The translations under genes were made by a program, and so were the position numbers. Below are positions 33,100 through 42,300 of a stretch of 62,784 nucleotides of DNA, piece after piece. The stretch spans positions 1 to 62,784 of the forward strand of contig JBBTTB010000011.1 in NCBI GenBank assembly GCA_038064455.1, given 5' to 3'. Each line of letters opens with the position of its first letter. The stretch's first letter is position 1. The notes under the pieces are model-generated. The model was not told the DNA's origin. It ran no database searches and was given only the letters and a program-made list of their open reading frames with translations. The stretch comes from Patescibacteria group bacterium. GTDB lineage: Bacteria; Patescibacteriota; Minisyncoccia; 2-02-FULL-40-12; GWA2-44-9.

Positions 33100-33492
33100 A
33101 TGCATCTTCGCACTCCTCTCTTAGTCCTCTGTGTTGTGTTTGTGCTCGGCGTGTTCGTAACGGGCGCCACGAATCTCTATGAACTCATCCCGTGGTTCGA
33201 TAAACTCATGCACCTCGCAGGTGGCGCCTCTATCGCATGGCTTGCACATCGTCACTTCTCACATAACTCCCACACACACCAGAACCCCTTATACGCATGG
33301 GCTATTCTCGGTGTTGTCGCCGTTGTCGGCATTGCGTGGGAAGTCGCCGAGCATACCTCGAGCTTGTTTGGGCAAACCTACTGGCCCTCTATCTATATGT
33401 ACTTCCACGGAGGAGACCTCACCGACACGCTTATTGATCTCGTGCTCGATCTCACTGGAGCGCTTGCAGTGTTCCGTTTTTCTCGCCGCTAG
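33100..33492 (+). CDS. Small integral membrane protein (VanZ/DUF2238-like)
   Basis: WFDKLMH, WEVAE, DTLIDL..D motifs with 4 hydrophobic segments; ATG at 33100. Confidence 0.7.
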   Translation: MHLRTPLLVLCVVFVLGVFVTGATNLYELIPWFDKLMHLAGGASIAWLAHRHFSHNSHTHQNPLYAWAILGVVAVVGIAWEVAEHTSSLFGQTYWPSIYMYFHGGDLTDTLIDLVLDLTGALAVFRFSRR

Positions 33493-35207
33493 ATCTGTTC
33501 AGGAGTTTGAATGCCCAAGAGACCAAGCCCTGTTTTAAGCACCTTTGCTACCGTTTCAATAAGAAGAAGGCGCGCATTGCGGCGTTGCGTCTGTGTATCC
33601 TCTAAAATGCGCACGTGCTCGTAGAAGCGGTTCGCTTCGTTCGCAAGTTCAGCAATATACAGCGCAAGGCCATTCGTGGTTCGTGATGTCGCGCTCTGGC
33701 GAACGGCGTCCGTAAAGTGCAGCAGGTGTCGAAGGAGACGCTCTTCTTGTGGCTCGGTAAGAAGCTCGCATTTTGGGCGCACGAGAAGGCGCGAGAGACG
33801 AGCCCATGCCCCAGCCTTGCGCGCGATGCTCATGAGTCGTGCGTAGGTATATTGAATGTATGGTCCGCTTGAACCAGAGAAATCGAGCATGCGATCCCAG
33901 TCGAAGCGAATATCTGATGTGCGGAGCTCGCGCAAGTCATTATATTTAATGGCGCCAATACCCACCGCACGCGCAACGCGAGCGCGCTCCTTTTGAGATA
34001 GCCTTGGATTCTTCTTCTGTATCACCGCACCGGCGCGCACTACCGCTTCCGCAAGCACTTCAGCAAGTGGTGTCGCGTTCCCTTCTCGCGTAGAAAGCTT
34101 CTGCCCCTCTGCGTTGAGCACAAGGCCATACTTCACGTGCATGAGATCAGCAGTGCGCAACCCAAGCATCTCTCCAACTGCAAAGAGCTGTTGGAAGTGG
34201 AGCGACTGTTCGTTGCCCACTACATAGAACATCGCAGAGGGGTTGTGATGATCGAGGCGCTTCTGGAGCCCTACCAGTTCGCGCGTGAGATACAAACTTG
34301 CTCCATCAGACTTACGGATAAGCGCTGGCGGTAGGCTTTGTGCCGAAAGATCTACAATGAGCGCGCCTTCACTTTCTTTTGCGATGCCTTGTGCTTCCAA
34401 AAATGCTACGAGTGCCGGCATATCTTTTTGCAAATCGCTTTCCCCCGTCATGATCGAGAACCGTATGCCCAATTGCGCATACATGTGTTCAAACGCGCGA
34501 AGTGATTCTTTTTTAAACCACTGCCATAACCGTTTGTTTTCTGTGTCGCCGCTCTCAAGCTTGCGAAATTCTTCTTGGCCTGCCGCCTCTAGTGAAGCAT
34601 CTGTTGTGAGCTCTTCGTGAAAACGCACGTATAACTTCACAAGTGCGTCGATAGGATCTTTGCGCACATCGTGCGGATTGCCCCAGCGCTTATATGCGGC
34701 GATCAGTTTACCAAACTGCGTTCCCCAGTCACCGAGATAGTTCCATCGGATAACGCGGTACCCCAAGAAGTCATGGATGTTTGCGAGCGCGTCACCAATC
34801 ACCGTGGAACGCACGTGCCCCACGTGCATTGGTTTTGCAATATTTGGAGATGAGTATTCAACGATGATCGTTTTTCCTTTTCCGTCTTTCGTTGCGCCCG
34901 GGCGCGAAGCACTCGCGAGAGCGCGAAGCGATGCGTAAAGTGATGTTGCGCGAAGCGTGATGTTGATAAACCCGGGGGCCGATGCGGTGATGGAAGCGCA
35001 CGCGGTGGAAAGCTCTGGATCAGCTCGGAGCGCAGAAGCAACATGTTCCGCAACTTCCATGGGCGGCTTCTTCTGTTCCTTCGCAAGTGGAAACGCAATG
35101 TTCGTGGCAAAATCACCCAGATCCGGAGTAGGCGGAACCGAGACATCAAAAGAGATGCCCGGCACATGCGCCATGATACGAGCACGTATCCATGCGATAT
35201 CGTACAT
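33489..35207 (-). CDS. argS: Arginine--tRNA ligase
   Basis: GDFATN, PGFIN, EYSSPNIAKPMHVGH, GDWGTQFG, GPYIQYTYAR. Confidence 0.97.
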   Translation of the reverse strand: MYDIAWIRARIMAHVPGISFDVSVPPTPDLGDFATNIAFPLAKEQKKPPMEVAEHVASALRADPELSTACASITASAPGFINITLRATSLYASLRALASASRPGATKDGKGKTIIVEYSSPNIAKPMHVGHVRSTVIGDALANIHDFLGYRVIRWNYLGDWGTQFGKLIAAYKRWGNPHDVRKDPIDALVKLYVRFHEELTTDASLEAAGQEEFRKLESGDTENKRLWQWFKKESLRAFEHMYAQLGIRFSIMTGESDLQKDMPALVAFLEAQGIAKESEGALIVDLSAQSLPPALIRKSDGASLYLTRELVGLQKRLDHHNPSAMFYVVGNEQSLHFQQLFAVGEMLGLRTADLMHVKYGLVLNAEGQKLSTREGNATPLAEVLAEAVVRAGAVIQKKNPRLSQKERARVARAVGIGAIKYNDLRELRTSDIRFDWDRMLDFSGSSGPYIQYTYARLMSIARKAGAWARLSRLLVRPKCELLTEPQEERLLRHLLHFTDAVRQSATSRTTNGLALYIAELANEANRFYEHVRILEDTQTQRRNARLLLIETVAKVLKTGLGLLGIQTPEQI

Positions 35208-35307
35208 ACCTGTATGCTACCGCAGGCGGCGCTCCTTTGCTAGACCTTCGTGATCACCTTGAAAAAGCAGCTCGTGACCCCCATAATGAAGAAGATACTT
35301 TTTTATT

Positions 35308-36336
35308 ATGTCCCTCAAAGAACACGACAAACACATCGTTGATATCGTAAAAGATATCTCTCCCGCTGTAGTAAGCATCGCAATCTCTAAAGAACTCCCC
35401 ACAATGCGCGGGCGCCTTTCGGAGTCGCTCTTCGGATCATTCGCGCCTCCGCGCGAAACAGAAAAAACAAAAGTGGGGGGAGGCTCTGGCTTTATCGTAC
35501 ACCCCGACGGCCTTGTGCTCACTAACAAACATGTGGTGATCGATGCAGACGCCGCGTACACAGTCATTATGGGAGACGACACCGAATATCCTGCGAAGGT
35601 GCTTTCGCGCGATCCGGTCAATGACATCGCCGTGCTGAAAATAGAAGGCAAGAATCTCCCCGTGGCCCCCATGGGAGACTCAAAGAAAATCCAACTCGGA
35701 CAAACCGTGCTCGCGATCGGCAATGCACTCGGCATGTTCTCAAACACCGTGTCTAAGGGCATCATCTCTGGCCTCGCGCGCAGTATTGCCGCCGCGCTTG
35801 GCTCGGGTGAACACATGGAAGAACTTCGTGGCGTCATTCAAACTGACGTTGCGATCAACCAAGGAAACTCGGGAGGGCCGCTCATCGACCTCGACGGCAA
35901 TGTGATTGCCATCAACACAGCGGTCATCTATGGCGCACAGAACATTGGCTTTTCTATTCCTATCAACTGGGCAAAACAAGACGTGAAAGACATTCTCGAA
36001 CATGGACGCATTCGTCGACCGTATATTGGGCTCACCTACATTATGTTAGGCAAGGATACACAGAAGAAGTACGCGCTTGTCACCGATCACGGCGCGCTTG
36101 TAGCTCGCGATCACCTTCCCGGCTCCGTCGCCGTGGTCCCCGGCTCCCCTGCGGACAAAGCGGGCATTCGCGAGAATGACATCATCACCGATGTAAACGG
36201 CGAGCCACTCACCGAAAAAACAACACTCACCGAAGCACTGCAGGCGTTTGCCGTGGGAGAGTCCGTAAAACTTTCACTCCTGCGCAACGAAAAACCGATG
36301 CACGTTTCTTTGACGCTCAAAGAACGCACCGCATAG
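35308..36336 (+). CDS. htrA: HtrA/DegP-family serine protease with PDZ domain
   Basis: GSGFI, TNKHVV, DIAVLK, IQTDVAINQGNSGGPL, PGSPADKAGI. Confidence 0.93.
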   Translation: MSLKEHDKHIVDIVKDISPAVVSIAISKELPTMRGRLSESLFGSFAPPRETEKTKVGGGSGFIVHPDGLVLTNKHVVIDADAAYTVIMGDDTEYPAKVLSRDPVNDIAVLKIEGKNLPVAPMGDSKKIQLGQTVLAIGNALGMFSNTVSKGIISGLARSIAAALGSGEHMEELRGVIQTDVAINQGNSGGPLIDLDGNVIAINTAVIYGAQNIGFSIPINWAKQDVKDILEHGRIRRPYIGLTYIMLGKDTQKKYALVTDHGALVARDHLPGSVAVVPGSPADKAGIRENDIITDVNGEPLTEKTTLTEALQAFAVGESVKLSLLRNEKPMHVSLTLKERTA

Positions 36337-36338
36337 CC

Positions 36339-36782
36339 ATGAAAGAGTACGCCTCCAACCCGCGCGCATCGTTCGACTTCGAGATCATTGAAACACTCGA
36401 AGCTGGTGTTGTACTGACGGGCAACGAAGTAAAGGCGATTAAAACGGGCAAGGCAACACTCCGCGGCACCTACGTGCGCCTCTTCCATGAGCGCCCCTTT
36501 CTTGTGGGCGCAACTATTACGCCGTATCAACCCGCGAACACACCACCTACTTATAATGCGCAAGCAGATCGCGCATTGCTTATGTCTAAGAAACAAATTG
36601 CGGCGCTCTCGGGCATTGGCAAATCAGAGGGGCTTACGCTCATCCCCCTTAAATTCTACGATAAGCATGGGCGTATCAAGCTCCTCGTTGGCATCGCACG
36701 CGGGAAACGCAAATACGACAAGCGAGAAACAATAAAGAAAAAAGATCTCACGCGCGCGCAACAGCGTGGCATCGAAGAATAA
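36339..36782 (+). CDS. smpB: SsrA-binding protein
   Basis: EAGVVLTGNEVKAI, GLTLIPL, GKRKYDKRETIK. Confidence 0.97.
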   Translation: MKEYASNPRASFDFEIIETLEAGVVLTGNEVKAIKTGKATLRGTYVRLFHERPFLVGATITPYQPANTPPTYNAQADRALLMSKKQIAALSGIGKSEGLTLIPLKFYDKHGRIKLLVGIARGKRKYDKRETIKKKDLTRAQQRGIEE

Positions 36783-36810
36783 AACGACCCCTGGCAACGT
36801 GTGCCAGGGG

Positions 36811-37068
36811 TCACTGGTTGAAGAACGCGCGGCGCAACATCTCGTTGTCCACGGAGATCCGTTGCGCTTCTCGCACTGCTTGCTCGTGAAGTTGCGCCAT
36901 CTCGAGCTGGTAGTTGCGCTCCATCGCTTCACGCTGGATGCCGCAGTCCTTCTCCCAGAGCTCGCGCGCTTGCGGGAAAAGTTTGGAACACGCCAGCAGA
37001 GAGGACGGTTCGCGCCTCAAGAATGTCACACGCAGCAACGTGCCTAGATGCGTTTCCTTGCCTTTCAT
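36811..37068 (-). CDS. Small hypothetical protein (85 aa, helical)
   Basis: Promoter TTGCGG-N16-TATACT, AAGGAGG SD, terminator CCCTGGC...GCCAGGG; lies between smpB and ssrA. Confidence 0.65.
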   Translation of the reverse strand: MKGKETHLGTLLRVTFLRREPSSLLACSKLFPQARELWEKDCGIQREAMERNYQLEMAQLHEQAVREAQRISVDNEMLRRAFFNQ

Positions 37069-37157
37069 CGCTCCTCCTTATAGGGCGCAGTATAGGGCTT
37101 TTTGCATACTCCGCAAGCACTTTGCAGGACTTCTGTTTTGTGGTATAATGTGCACTT

Positions 37158-37508
37158 GGGGATGATCGGTTTCGACGAGGTCGTTCATTGATACAACGCT
37201 GTGCGCGGATGACTATCCCCCGCGTAATAAACCTAGTCAACTCATATTTGGCAACTCTCAACCAGTTGTTGCATACGCCTAACTTTCGTTAGCGCGTACG
37301 CCATCCAGCTCGGATACTCGCTACGAGATTCCTGGGTGTCATTAGCGAGGTGCTCGTTTGTGCGTCCGTCCGCATGAACGCTAAGATCTGACGGAACACC
37401 TTGTGTGACGTTTGGCGATGTCATACACACGAGGACAACAAATCGCCTATCACGGTACACGCGGTATCAGTAACACTTTGGACTGGGGTTCGATTCCCCA
37501 CATCTCCA
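37158..37508 (+). ncRNA. ssrA: tmRNA
   Basis: 5' GGGGATGATCGGTTTCGAC, 3' GGGTTCGATTCCCCACATCTCCA, tag frame GNSQPVVAYA*, TGgTATAAT promoter, close to smpB. Confidence 0.96.
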
Positions 37509-37565
37509 CTACAGAAAAACAATGCGCCCCTTCGGGGGCGTTTTGTTTTTCTGTCTTGTAAGGAA

Positions 37566-37713
37566 GGGAATCGAACGGGTAGCAGCGAACATATGTTTTT
37601 ATCAGACGATAAAAACATATGAGGAGCGCCGCCGTATATTCGGGGAATATACGGCGCTACCCCGGGCAAGGACGCTCTATCGCGGCGGCGATAGAGCTAC
37701 GCGGGATTCCCCA
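37566..37713. repeat. Multi-hairpin palindromic element bounded by tmRNA T-arm-derived sequence
   Basis: GGGAATCGAAC is the inverse of tmRNA 37488-37498; three near-perfect hairpins; closes with GATTCCCCA. Confidence 0.7.
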
Positions 37714-37798
37714 AGCTTCGTGCGGGTCTTTGCCCATCAATGGGCCATTGACACACGTGCATATTATGTTGTACAATCGTAGCTTAGGGAGGATCGAA

Positions 37799-38014
37799 AT
37801 GACGAAGAAGGTCATCGCAGTTTACGCAGCGAGCGTTCCCGCGTATCCAGTTCTTCTGGGCGTCAAGCTCGAGGAAGACATCGACGTACTGGCGCAGAAG
37901 ATGGGTCTCACGCTGGTAAGAAGGGAAGTCGCGCGCTATCGCGGGTTCACCAGGATCATCGGTCAGACCGCGGACAGGCGAAAGTTCCATCTGGACGAAG
38001 TTCCGACCCTCTAA
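37799..38014 (+). CDS. Small hypothetical protein (71 aa)
   Basis: TTGACA-N18-TACAAT, GGGAGG SD, terminator after the stop. Confidence 0.7.
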   Translation: MTKKVIAVYAASVPAYPVLLGVKLEEDIDVLAQKMGLTLVRREVARYRGFTRIIGQTADRRKFHLDEVPTL

Positions 38015-38161
38015 CCCTAGCGCCCCGCACAAGAAGCTCCGCACTTCGTCTGTGCGGGGCCTCTTTATTTTTAAGAATCAAAAGAGCAGGATTCCCCACG
38101 CATCCCAGCCCATACTTGCCGTGTTTTTCTCGCAGTGCTACCGTGCCGGAAGGAGGCAACT

Positions 38162-38392
38162 ATGGCGTGTCAGTCTTGTCAAAACGTCGCTCTCGGTGGG
38201 CCCACGCTCGATCAGCAATACGTGGACCCACTCGGCACAGAGGAAGTACCGAGAACGTATACGTGCAAAACGTGCGGCCAGCGGTGGTGGTGTACCGCCG
38301 AGCCGCACATCGGCCACTGGGTGCAGGTCGACAGAGAGACGTTGCAGGCGGCCGTTGCGGGAAAACCGATCATCATCACAGGGTACTCCTAG
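38162..38392 (+). CDS. Small putative zinc-ribbon protein
   Basis: CQSC...CKTC; promoter TTGCCG-N17-TACCGT; AAGGAGG SD. Confidence 0.7.
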   Translation: MACQSCQNVALGGPTLDQQYVDPLGTEEVPRTYTCKTCGQRWWCTAEPHIGHWVQVDRETLQAAVAGKPIIITGYS

Positions 38393-38431
38393 CATCCCAG
38401 TGCCCTTCCCTTAGAGAGCGAGGTGGCGAGA

Positions 38432-38668
38432 ATGGGTATCGTGCAAAGTGACGATGCGACGGACCAGAGTCAACTCTGGCAGATGTCTCAAGAGGAGCTT
38501 CTGGCGCTGGCAGTTGTCAGGCTGCAGCGCGCGTGCACAAACTACAAACTCGCGCTCGAAGCCTCCGATGCGGGCACTCGAGGCGCGATGCGGCTTGCCG
38601 CAGAGCTGCGCAAAGCAGAAGCCGACGAGATCCTTGCGATCTATCGCGAGAGACTCCACCTCGACTAA
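38432..38668 (+). CDS. Small hypothetical protein (helical)
   Basis: GAGGTG SD; terminator GCCCCCG...CGGGGGC-T tract. Confidence 0.6.
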   Translation: MGIVQSDDATDQSQLWQMSQEELLALAVVRLQRACTNYKLALEASDAGTRGAMRLAAELRKAEADEILAIYRERLHLD

Positions 38669-38761
38669 CCCCCGCCCCCGCTCGTCACCGCAGACGAACG
38701 GGGGCTTCTTTTACACACCCTACGCACTGTGTTCGCAATAAATACAGTACACTAGAACGAT

Positions 38762-39178
38762 ATGAAACATCCTATCTTCTGGCTTCGCATCGCGCTTGGT
38801 TGGCTTTTCGCATACGCAGGCATTACAAAAATTCTCGATCCCGCATGGAGTGCGGCAGGATACTTAATGAGCGCGAAAACGTTTTCTGGATTCTACGCAT
38901 GGCTCGCAGGACCCAGCATGATCGGCATCACCAACTTCATGAATGAGTGGGGCCTTTTACTTATCGGCCTTGGCCTACTCTCTGGCGTTCTTGCACGCCC
39001 CGCCGCATACGCAGGTGCGCTCATGATGATCCTCTACTACTTCCCCGTCCTCGACTTCCCCTACATCGGTGAGCACTCGCTGTTGGTAGACGAACACATC
39101 ATCTACGCATTCGCCCTCTTACTTATTGCTCGCGCTTCGCATCTTGGACCAGCACTCCACATGCCGAAGCGCTCCTAA
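38762..39178 (+). CDS. DoxX family membrane protein
   Basis: LRIALGWLFAYAGITK, WSAAGYL, VDEHIIY. Confidence 0.85.
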   Translation: MKHPIFWLRIALGWLFAYAGITKILDPAWSAAGYLMSAKTFSGFYAWLAGPSMIGITNFMNEWGLLLIGLGLLSGVLARPAAYAGALMMILYYFPVLDFPYIGEHSLLVDEHIIYAFALLLIARASHLGPALHMPKRS

Positions 39179-39181
39179 CCC

Positions 39182-39637
39182 ATGCGCGTTCCCTCGTTTT
39201 CTCTCAAAGATCAGGACAACGTCACCCACACACCAGAAGAGTGGGCCGGTCAGTGGTTGCTCATCTACGTCTACCCAAAAGACAACACGCCCGGATGCAC
39301 GAAGGAGGCATGTGCCATTCGCGATGACTTTGAAACCTTTCGCACGCTTGGCATTGCAGTCGCGGGCATGAGTGGGGATTCCGTACAGAGCCACAAGAAG
39401 TTCGCAGGCGCCTACCAGCTTCCCTTCCCACTGCTTTCAGATCCCACAAAAGAAACTATGAAGGCACTCGGTGCCATTGGAGAAAAGAAGTTCATGGGAC
39501 GCACATTCGTGGGCATTCAACGAAAGTCTTTTCTTATAAACCCAGAAGGTGAGATTATAAAAACATACGAGAAAGTCACTCCCGCAGAGCATGCGCAAGA
39601 AGTACTTGCGGATGTTCGCGCGCTTCTGGACAAATAA
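39182..39637 (+). CDS. bcp: Peroxiredoxin Bcp
   Basis: YPKDNTPGCTKEAC, FPLLSD. Confidence 0.95.
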   Translation: MRVPSFSLKDQDNVTHTPEEWAGQWLLIYVYPKDNTPGCTKEACAIRDDFETFRTLGIAVAGMSGDSVQSHKKFAGAYQLPFPLLSDPTKETMKALGAIGEKKFMGRTFVGIQRKSFLINPEGEIIKTYEKVTPAEHAQEVLADVRALLDK

Positions 39638-39677
39638 ACAAAAACAGCGTATTGTATGCCTTCTCAAGGAGGAGGCT

Positions 39678-40145
39678 TTGAAGAAAAAGGTCATCAAGGG
39701 CGTACCACTCTCGCCCCTACACATCGAGATCATGTTGGCGGCGCCCACTGTGTGCCGCTACCGCAAACTGGGCCTCGTGTGGGGCAGTCAACAAGTAGCG
39801 CTTGTGCATCCAGCCTACGTGATCTACCCTTGCGAAAATCCGAACACGTGGCACAAGGCAAGTCACCTGTGCCGCATCAGCATCCCCGAGTGGGGGCGCG
39901 GAGGCGCGATCGAGCTTCCCATCGTGCACGGCCAAGTGGGCTTCACCAATGGGTGGACGCCCGTGCACGTCCGCATCGGCGCCGAGGCATCGTGCGTGGA
40001 CAACGACCTCTTGAACAAGACCTGGAGCGTGGAGCTCCGTCGACTCGGCCCGGGTCCGTATTGCGCCGGAGGTACGGATGGCTATCGGCGGCTCTTGGAG
40101 TTCAAGATCCGCAACCTTCGGTGCGTCGGACCGATCGCCAAGTAA
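39678..40145 (+). CDS. Hypothetical protein (beta-rich, Cys/Trp-rich)
   Basis: TGGACA-N17-TATTGT, AAGGAGGAGG before TTG, GC hairpin + T tract after the stop. Confidence 0.65.
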   Translation: MKKKVIKGVPLSPLHIEIMLAAPTVCRYRKLGLVWGSQQVALVHPAYVIYPCENPNTWHKASHLCRISIPEWGRGGAIELPIVHGQVGFTNGWTPVHVRIGAEASCVDNDLLNKTWSVELRRLGPGPYCAGGTDGYRRLLEFKIRNLRCVGPIAK

Positions 40146-40211
40146 CTCTCTCGCCCGTCATGAGCACAGCTCGTGGCGGGCTTCGTCTTTTTTTGGTACG
40201 CTCTGGGCACC

Positions 40212-40754
40212 ATGAGCACGCTCTCCCGCCCCATCGCCATCACCGATATTGAAACCTCTGGCCTTGATGCGCGCATTCACGAGATTTTAGAGCTTGCGGT
40301 TATTGTAGTAGACCCGCACACACTAGAACCACTCAAGACATACAGCACAAAGATCCGCCCGACACGCATCGAACGTGGCGCCAAAAAGGCGCTTGAGGTG
40401 TGTGGCTACACGCCCGCCTCATGGCGCTATGCTGCGAACCTCCGCACCGCCATGGAGAACTACGCGGAAGCATGTGAGGGGGCCATCTTTGCGGGGCACA
40501 ATGTCTTTTTCACGTGGTCCTTCATCGCAGAGGCGTTCCAACAAAGCGGCATTGAAGACCCCATGGATTACCACCGCCTCGATCTGTTTTCGGTAGCGTG
40601 GGCGCACCAGCATACGCTCAATCGCCCGCGTGCGGCGATGCGCCTTGAAGACATCGCCAAAGCGCTCGACATAGACCCAGAGCCAAAGCCCCACCGAGCC
40701 ATGCAAGGCGCTAAGCTCCAGCTTGTTATTCTCCAGAAACTCATGCGGCCGTAG
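40212..40754 (+). CDS. DEDDh 3'-5' exonuclease family protein (degenerate ExoII/ExoIII motifs)
   Basis: DIETSGL, HEILELA, GHNV, HRA motifs. Confidence 0.85.
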   Translation: MSTLSRPIAITDIETSGLDARIHEILELAVIVVDPHTLEPLKTYSTKIRPTRIERGAKKALEVCGYTPASWRYAANLRTAMENYAEACEGAIFAGHNVFFTWSFIAEAFQQSGIEDPMDYHRLDLFSVAWAHQHTLNRPRAAMRLEDIAKALDIDPEPKPHRAMQGAKLQLVILQKLMRP

Positions 40755-40812
40755 CCCCTCTTCCCTTTTTTCTCAAGGCGTGGTACACTGCGGTCCGTTC
40801 ACTTTTCCTGCA

Positions 40813-41370
40813 TTGCAGAACAAACTTCGCATCAACAATTTCATCCGAGCGCCTGAAGTTCAGGTCATTACTGACGAAGGCAAACAGCTTGGCGTCATGA
40901 AGATTACTGACGCTTTACGCATGTCCCGCGAAATGGACCTTGATCTGGTAGAGGTTGGGCCAAACGTTCAACCCCCTATCGTGAAGATCATGGACTATGG
41001 GAAGTACCAGTACCTGAAGTCGCGCCAGGAGAAAAAGACGAAAGCCAAAACGAAAGACCAAGAGACGAAGACGGTCCGCGTTGGCTTCAAAACGGGCGCT
41101 CATGACATTGAGACCAAGGCCCGAAAGACGGATGAGTTCTTGCAAGAAGGCCACCCGGTGAAAGTAGAGCTGACCCTGCGCGGACGTGAAAAAGCGCTTG
41201 CGCACATGGGACTTGAGAAGCTGAAAGGCTTTCTCACAGTCCTCTCCCAGCCCTACATCACACAAGGCGAACCAAAGCGTTCTCCATTCGGCTGGGTAGT
41301 GATGATTCAGTTTGATAAGAAACGAAACAATGGCTCGACACAGCAAAACAAATCAAGCGCGACACAGTAA
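40813..41370 (+). CDS. infC: Translation initiation factor IF-3
   Basis: RINNFIRAPEV, DLDLVEV, PPIVKIMDYGKYQY, LRGRE; probable non-ATG (TTG) start. Confidence 0.95.
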   Translation: MQNKLRINNFIRAPEVQVITDEGKQLGVMKITDALRMSREMDLDLVEVGPNVQPPIVKIMDYGKYQYLKSRQEKKTKAKTKDQETKTVRVGFKTGAHDIETKARKTDEFLQEGHPVKVELTLRGREKALAHMGLEKLKGFLTVLSQPYITQGEPKRSPFGWVVMIQFDKKRNNGSTQQNKSSATQ

Positions 41371-41557
41371 GACCAACCGGTCTCTGAAAAAGCGCGTAAA
41401 AATCACGGGCCGCAAGAAGATCCTCAAGCGCCCACCACACCAGAACCACTTCAACGCGAAGGAATCTGGCGAACGCGCACGCAACAAGAAGGGTCAGATT
41501 GCTGTGCCAAAGGAGCTCGACAAAAAGGCACGAGCACTGCTCGTCAACGAGTTTTAA
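41330..41557 (+). CDS. rpmI: 50S ribosomal protein L35
   Basis: KTNRSLKKRVKITGRKKI...NHFNAKES; lies between infC and rplT. Confidence 0.93.
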   Translation: MARHSKTNQARHSKTNRSLKKRVKITGRKKILKRPPHQNHFNAKESGERARNKKGQIAVPKELDKKARALLVNEF

Positions 41558-41566
41558 TTATTCACC

Positions 41567-41908
41567 ATGACACGCGTAAAACGAGGAGTACAACAGCATA
41601 AGCGTCGCGAACGAATCCTGAAGCAAACAAAGGGTTTTATGTGGACTCGCAAGTCCAAGATCCGCCAAGCAAAAGAGGCGCTCTTGCACGCATGGTCCCA
41701 CGCCTTCGCAGATCGCAAGAAAAAGAAGCGCACCTCACGTCGCCTGTGGCAGATCCAACTCAACGCCGCAGCCCGCGAGCAAGGCATCTCCTACTCAAAG
41801 CTGATCGCCCAACTCAAGACCGCGCAGATCGCATTGGATCGCAAAGTGCTCGCTGACATTGCCCAGAACCACCCAGAAGTATTCAACAAGGTTCTCGCAA
41901 CGAAGTAG
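41567..41908 (+). CDS. rplT: 50S ribosomal protein L20
   Basis: MTRVKRG, RRLWQIQLNAAAR, LDRKVLADIA. Confidence 0.98.
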   Translation: MTRVKRGVQQHKRRERILKQTKGFMWTRKSKIRQAKEALLHAWSHAFADRKKKKRTSRRLWQIQLNAAAREQGISYSKLIAQLKTAQIALDRKVLADIAQNHPEVFNKVLATK

Positions 41909-41912
41909 TAGC

Positions 41913-41946
41913 AACAAAAACAGCTCGAAGGGGCTGTTTTTGTTTT
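41913..41946 (+). terminator. Intrinsic terminator after rplT
   Basis: AAAAACAGCTC-GAAG-GGGCTGTTTTT. Confidence 0.8.
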
Positions 41947-41971
41947 ATCCTAACCCAGCACTATTATGGCC

Positions 41972-42000
41972 TTTACAAACAAAGCAACACTGGCTAAGAT
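41972..42000 (+). promoter_or_regulatory. Sigma70 promoter of the ncRNA-RT unit
   Basis: TTTACA-N17-TAAGAT, ~7 nt before the structured region. Confidence 0.65.
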
Positions 42001-42007
42001 CAGCGAA

Positions 42008-42272
42008 CTCCCCATGGAAACATACCTGATAGTCCCCCTCGGTCGGTAGTCTACGTTCTGTGCCCAATGTGAAATATCGCCGCGGGAACGCACTTCCCGC
42101 GATAAGCACGGTGATGGAGACAAGGCAGTCCGAGGACCGGAAGTTTCAGGTACGCTGTCAGAGTTCTGACGGCGTTGACTTAGAAGCGCAACAGGATGAA
42201 GCGTGCGCTCGCGCGACTCTCCCAACCATGGCGAGCCCGACTGTCCCCGACCAACGCTCGGCGGGGACAGTC
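42008..42272 (+). ncRNA. RT-associated structured RNA (retron msr-msd-like)
   Basis: Closing IR 42008-17/42226-35; nested stems 42023-29/42146-52, 42037-42/42130-35, 42081-88/42094-101, 42153-61/42166-74; extra hairpin 42239-42272. Confidence 0.65.
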
Positions 42273-42300
42273 ACCTTTAACCCTATCGTAAGGAGGCGGT

